Virus record (IMG/VR): IMGVR_UViG_3300004805_000027
Location: 1-27,353 of that record
Length of the DNA: 27,353 nucleotides
Reading direction: 5' to 3' (one strand)
DNA from: a virus
Taxonomy: Duplodnaviria > Caudoviricetes
Each line of letters starts with the position of its first letter. Position 1 is the first letter of the stretch. A program made the position numbers and the translations under genes. Below, piece after piece: positions 22,790 through 27,353 of the stretch. Below the pieces are notes generated by a model. It did not search any database and was not told the DNA's origin. It worked only from the letters and a program-made list of their open reading frames with translations.

Positions 22790-24700
22790 ATGCCCCTTTC
22801 TCCTGACAACGACAAAGCCTCCGGGCAGATTGTTCAAATGTATCAGGAGCGTCGCACACAACGTAGCGGTACGTTCCGACGCATGCAAGAAGTACGTGAC
22901 CACTACAACGGTGACGTTATTGTTCCACTACCAGAACTAGACGAAGCAGAGAAGCCTGCAATCCCAAACCTTATTGCTCAAGGTATTGACTCTTTCGCTA
23001 TGCGAGTTGCTTCAATGCTTCCTGACATTCAATACCCTTCACTTCGCCCAGGTATCCAGGCTTCTGAAAACAAAGCCCGTGACCGTCGTCTTGCCAACAT
23101 TGGTTGGTGGGACATGAACAAGATGGCTGTTAAATTACGTCGTCGCAGCCGTCACCTTACTGCTTACGGTATGTCTGCTGTATCTCTTTCTCCTGTATCA
23201 CTTGACCCACAGGACAGACGACGTATTCCACACTGGCGCGTACGCAACCCTCTTGCTACGTACCCTGCTCCAATGATTGACCCGGACAACATGGAACCAG
23301 TTGACTGTATCTTTGCTGACCGTCGTCCTTTGGGCTGGATGAAAGAACACTACCCACAACAGACTTCTGTTCTTTACAAGGGTGACAAACATGACACTGA
23401 CATGTTTGAAATCCTTGAATACCTTGATGCCAGCGAAACAGTTCTTGTAGCCGTTGGTGCCGAGAAGCAAAAGAACCAAGGCTTTACACAGGAAACAGGA
23501 AAGGGTGTGGCAACACACATCATTCTTGAGCGTATTCCTAACCGTGCAGAGATTTGCCCAGTAGTTATTGCTGGACGTATTACTCTTGACCGCCTTCAGG
23601 GTCAGTTTGACCAAATGCTTGGTATGTACCAGCGTGAAGCCAAGTTGGACGCATTGAACACTATTGCAGTGTTCCGCAACGTGTTTCCTGACGAATGGGT
23701 TGTATCTCCTGCGAACTCTCCAACCAGCCCACGTATTGTTCAAGAGGCTGACGGTAAAATGGGTATCCGAGGTATCTTGGACAAAGGACAGATTCAGATT
23801 GTCCATCCACAGCAGACCCAAGATGCACCGATGGCGCTTGACCGCCTTGAGCGAGCACAACGCCTTACGGCTGGTATTCCTGCCGAATTTGGAGGCGAGT
23901 CAGGTTCTAACATCCGTACCGCTCGACGTGGTGCTTCCGTCCTGTCTAGTGCAGTTGACATGCCACTCCAGGAATACCAGGAAATCTTTGCTAACTCAAT
24001 GGAGTTAGAGAACATGCGTGCAGTTCAAATCATGAAATCGTACTACGGCAACAAGCCAAGTATGTTCTTTATGGGTGGCGACGGCAAGGTAGTAAGCGAA
24101 GACTACAAGCCAAACGAAACATTCGAAACAAACCTTTCATACGTTAAGTACCCAATGCCTGGTTCTGACATTAACGGCCTTGTGGTTTCACTTGGTCAGC
24201 GTGTTGGTATGGGAATTATGTCTAATGAGACAGCCCGTATCATGGACCCAGCAATTGAAGACCCACAGTTGGAAGCAGACCGTGTTGAGATGGAAGGTCT
24301 ACGCAAGGCACTGCTAACAGGTCTTGAGCAGCAGGCTTCTGCTGGTTCACTTGACCCAAGCATTATTGCTCGTATTGCAAAGATGAAAGCACAGCGTCAC
24401 GTTACACTTGAAGATGCAGTTGCTAAGATTCATGAAGAGATGCAACAGGAACAAGCAGCCAAGGCAGACGCAATGCAGCAACAGCAAGGTGGTATGCCAC
24501 AGGGTATGCCACAGGGTATGCCTCAAGGTATGCCAGGAATGGGTGGGCCAGAACAGGCACCACAAGGTGCTGCTCCAGAAATGCAACCAGGTCTTGGTGT
24601 ATCAGCAGAAAACCCAATTCAGCCTGGCGCTCAACAGGCACCTCAAGGACAACCCGATGTTCGTCAACTATTGGCGAGTCTCGGCGGACAAGGAGCATAA
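22790..24700 (+). CDS. portal (head-tail connector) protein
   Basis: 636 aa directly after terL; helical; Q/P/G/M-rich C-terminal tail typical of podovirus-like portals. Confidence 0.8.
   Translation: MPLSPDNDKASGQIVQMYQERRTQRSGTFRRMQEVRDHYNGDVIVPLPELDEAEKPAIPNLIAQGIDSFAMRVASMLPDIQYPSLRPGIQASENKARDRRLANIGWWDMNKMAVKLRRRSRHLTAYGMSAVSLSPVSLDPQDRRRIPHWRVRNPLATYPAPMIDPDNMEPVDCIFADRRPLGWMKEHYPQQTSVLYKGDKHDTDMFEILEYLDASETVLVAVGAEKQKNQGFTQETGKGVATHIILERIPNRAEICPVVIAGRITLDRLQGQFDQMLGMYQREAKLDALNTIAVFRNVFPDEWVVSPANSPTSPRIVQEADGKMGIRGILDKGQIQIVHPQQTQDAPMALDRLERAQRLTAGIPAEFGGESGSNIRTARRGASVLSSAVDMPLQEYQEIFANSMELENMRAVQIMKSYYGNKPSMFFMGGDGKVVSEDYKPNETFETNLSYVKYPMPGSDINGLVVSLGQRVGMGIMSNETARIMDPAIEDPQLEADRVEMEGLRKALLTGLEQQASAGSLDPSIIARIAKMKAQRHVTLEDAVAKIHEEMQQEQAAKADAMQQQQGGMPQGMPQGMPQGMPGMGGPEQAPQGAAPEMQPGLGVSAENPIQPGAQQAPQGQPDVRQLLASLGGQGA
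24491..24538 (+). repeat. 12-bp tandem coding repeat (GMPQ)x3 + GMPG
   Basis: ggtatgccacag ggtatgccacag ggtatgcctcaa ggtatgccagga. Confidence 0.85.
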
Positions 24701-24703
24701 TAA

Positions 24704-25123
24704 ATGCCACGTTCAGGTAAAGGCGGTTCACGCCAAGGAACACCCGGTACTGCTTACAGCAACCGTACAGATTTGAATGTTCCTAAAACTACTGTACCCA
24801 ATCAAGAGTACGGTAAGGCAACAGAACAGATGAGCGCACAATCAGCAATACCAATGGCACAGTCACCTGTTGCTCAAGGTGCCGCTCCTGCTCAACAAAC
24901 TGCTGGCCCAATGCCAGGTTCGTTGCCATTCCTTCACCCAACAGAGCGACCAACTGAACCAATTCAAGCGGGTATCACTTCTGGCCCTGGACCTGGACCT
25001 GAAGCCATTGCACCACAGCCAAGAGGTATTCTTTCTGAAGCATTGCGTCACATGTCTAACGACCCTAACGCTACTGCTGGAACATTTGACCTTGCTGCTC
25101 ACGCTCGCTTGTTTGGTATGTAA
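24704..25123 (+). CDS. Pro/Gly-rich small virion-associated protein
   Basis: 139 aa after the portal; 'NRTDL', 'PTERPTEP..AG...GPGPGPE' motifs. Confidence 0.6.
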   Translation: MPRSGKGGSRQGTPGTAYSNRTDLNVPKTTVPNQEYGKATEQMSAQSAIPMAQSPVAQGAAPAQQTAGPMPGSLPFLHPTERPTEPIQAGITSGPGPGPEAIAPQPRGILSEALRHMSNDPNATAGTFDLAAHARLFGM

Positions 25124-27353
25124 TGTCTGACGGCAAAGTTAATCCAGTTCCAGTACCACAACAACCAGTTGCACCTGCACCTATAAAAGTAGGTCGAGGT
25201 ATTCCTGGTGGCGGTCAAGCACAGCAAACATACAATGAACAACAAAACGCTTACCAAAAGGCAGTAACAACTAATTCCTACAATTCTTTAAACCAGAATC
25301 AGCACTACGCTCTTCAATCTATTTACAACAACTACCCAAGTGCGTTTAAAAACCCTGGGATGATAATGGACCTTGTTAAGAATACTGGACCTATGCAAGG
25401 TGTTCATATTCAAGACGCAACAAACGCTCTTAAGTTTATGGCCTTGTATGACAAATTTAATTCTACATGGTATACAGGACAAAACCCAACTGGAGCCACT
25501 GGTCAGATTTGGAATGCGGCTAAAGCGGGTTGGAGTGGTTTAACTACACTCAAGAACTGGAAAAACGTTGGTCCTGAAATTGTTAACCTTGGTACCCACA
25601 CTTGGGACAACTTTCATAACTATGTTACAAACGGTGTACACAAGTACGGTATTGGTGGTTTCTTTACACACGAAGGTTCTGTTTACGGTAAATCTTTTGT
25701 TAGTGCAGCCGGTGGTCTTGCCAAGGGCATTGGTGGTCTTGTAGAGCGTGCTGGTAAAAGCATTATGGAATTAAATGGTTTTGGTGGTGTAGCAGGTTAT
25801 GAAGACCTTGGCAAAACACTTCTTAACCTTGGTCAAAACTTTAACCCATGGAGCGACAAAAACGCTTATCAAATGACTGCACACGTTTTGGCTTACTACG
25901 AAAGTATGGTTAAACAAAAAGGTATTATGTATGCCTTGGGTAACATTGGACCAAGTCTTGCACTTATAGGTGTAACTGCAGGTGCTGGTGCCAGTGCAGT
26001 TGCCGGACTTGATTCTGCTGCTGCTGCTGAAGCGGCTGCTACTGCTGCAGAAGAAGCAGCAATGGCAACTGAAACTGGTGCTGCAGGTTTTGACATGGCT
26101 ACTACTGCTGCTAACGCTACAAAAGAAATTGAAGCGGCTAATGCGGCACAAGCAACACAAGCAAGCAAAGTTTTTACAATCATGCAAAAACTTAGCGAAC
26201 ACGGCAATCCTCTTGGTTACATGTACCGTGGTGCTAAAGGATTTACAAAAATGACTGGTGGTGCTAGAGCCAATGCTTTGTACCAGTTAGTACAAGCGCA
26301 AGCAAAGCACAGTGATGCTAAATTGTGGCAACAAACTGGTGACCTTGGCGTACACGATGCTAACGGTAAACCAGTTGACCTTGGTAGGGCAACAATGGAG
26401 TTCTTTGCTGGCAAACAAGACCAAGGTGTTTTCTTTTCTGCTTCTTCAGGCATTGTTGACCTTTGGGCAAAGTTTATTGGTACCGACCCTGTTGGTGCTT
26501 TAGGTACAAAAATTTCTTCAGCACGTACCGTAGGTCTTGCGCCACGTCTTGCTAGAAGGTTAGATGAGTTTAGCCACACTGCTGAACTTGCTGTAGAGCG
26601 ACAAACCAAACTAGGTAAACTAATTGAAAAGGGTGGCGGTTCAGAAACGCTTGGAAACCTATCTGTATATTTTAAAGGCCTTGGTGTTACTAGTGGTGAC
26701 ATGCTTCGTCAATTAGCAGTACGACCATACGTTCGTCGTGCTCTTACATTTATGGCTACTCACAACAGTGGTGAAATTGGAACTATGTTCAAGGCTGGAA
26801 AGCAAAGTAACACTTTCTCTCCTTACGTCTTAAAGCAATTGGGAGACGCTAAAACAGAAGAAGAAGTTCTAAACATTCTTGCTCCTTTGGCTGACGGTCA
26901 AGGTCTTGCTCTTGTACATGCACCTTCAATGGGCATGTACTCATGGATGAGACAAACTGCTGCCGACAGCATTCTTAGCAAGCAATCACTTCTTTCTGCT
27001 GACATTTCTATTATCAACCGATGGAAGAATACTAAATGGTCTAAAGACGGTCCAGACGTTAAAGTTGACGACCCTATTTGGGTAGGTGTTGTTGACGCAG
27101 GTCTTCGTGCTCGTTCTTCATTCCGTCTTTGGCTTGCAAAGCAATTGGCCGGAAAACCTATGTACTACTCAAGTGTGCTTAAGGGATTTGAAACTGACCG
27201 AATTATTATGGAAGATGCTAACGAGTCTATTCCAGCGATTAGGCAACTTGCTATTGGTGCAATGATGCCAAGAGAAGTTGTTAACGCAATGACTGACTAT
27301 TTGACTCAGGCATTGGCTGACGGCGGAACCGAAGCGTTTTCTCAGGCATACCG
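25123..27353 (+). CDS. large probable internal virion/ejection protein, 3'-truncated
   Basis: ATG 25123 (TAATG coupling); frame open to the window end (>740 aa: MSDGKVNPVPVPQQP...); A/G-rich with hydrophobic and Ala-rich helices; absent from the ORF track because it has no stop. Confidence 0.75.
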   Translation, partial: MSDGKVNPVPVPQQPVAPAPIKVGRGIPGGGQAQQTYNEQQNAYQKAVTTNSYNSLNQNQHYALQSIYNNYPSAFKNPGMIMDLVKNTGPMQGVHIQDATNALKFMALYDKFNSTWYTGQNPTGATGQIWNAAKAGWSGLTTLKNWKNVGPEIVNLGTHTWDNFHNYVTNGVHKYGIGGFFTHEGSVYGKSFVSAAGGLAKGIGGLVERAGKSIMELNGFGGVAGYEDLGKTLLNLGQNFNPWSDKNAYQMTAHVLAYYESMVKQKGIMYALGNIGPSLALIGVTAGAGASAVAGLDSAAAAEAAATAAEEAAMATETGAAGFDMATTAANATKEIEAANAAQATQASKVFTIMQKLSEHGNPLGYMYRGAKGFTKMTGGARANALYQLVQAQAKHSDAKLWQQTGDLGVHDANGKPVDLGRATMEFFAGKQDQGVFFSASSGIVDLWAKFIGTDPVGALGTKISSARTVGLAPRLARRLDEFSHTAELAVERQTKLGKLIEKGGGSETLGNLSVYFKGLGVTSGDMLRQLAVRPYVRRALTFMATHNSGEIGTMFKAGKQSNTFSPYVLKQLGDAKTEEEVLNILAPLADGQGLALVHAPSMGMYSWMRQTAADSILSKQSLLSADISIINRWKNTKWSKDGPDVKVDDPIWVGVVDAGLRARSSFRLWLAKQLAGKPMYYSSVLKGFETDRIIMEDANESIPAIRQLAIGAMMPREVVNAMTDYLTQALADGGTEAFSQAY

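Noticed and set aside
23198-26702. Multiple minus-strand ORFs (e.g. 23198..23860, 25771..26202, 26217..26702)
   Set aside because: Antisense shadows of the portal and of the long open frame starting at 25123
1-27353. Alternative genetic code, introns or inteins
   Set aside because: Genes tile the window with standard stops and tight coupling; TerL and other conserved genes show contiguous motifs without obvious intein signatures

Overview
The window is a contiguous 27 kb segment of a tailed dsDNA phage with podovirus-like tail genes. Two WhiB genes, leaderless-style extended -10 promoters and actinophage-type small proteins point to an actinobacterial host. Left to right on +: tail adaptor/nozzle and two fibre genes; a lysis block (NlpC/P60 endolysin, holin-like membrane proteins, permuted papain-like enzyme); accessory enzymes (metallophosphoesterase, 3-TM PnuC-like protein, GT2-methyltransferase fusion); and a recombination/replication/regulation block (Cas4-like nuclease, ERF, HslV-like NTN hydrolase, secreted lytic transglycosylase, DUF1599/Nmad1-like protein, replication-initiator-like protein, 2 WhiB, resolvase, SSB). 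A hairpin-rich convergent terminator zone follows, then a leftward operon (micro-ORFs, COOH-NH2 amidoligase, class II glutamine amidotransferase), a ~1 kb densely structured non-coding region, and the packaging module (HTH-fused TerL, portal, and a large probable internal virion protein running off the end). The most unusual observations are: a 176-nt rod-like imperfect hairpin followed by an array of cGNAg/cGNNAg mini-hairpins upstream of the leftward operon; an ERF N-terminus look-alike fused in frame to an unrelated gene; a TM-Arg9 micro-protein; a HypB-like MCxxCGC micro-protein; and the co-occurrence of an amidoligase, a GATase and a proteasome-beta-like enzyme. All calls come from motif reading and manual base-pairing; no database searches or folding programs were run.
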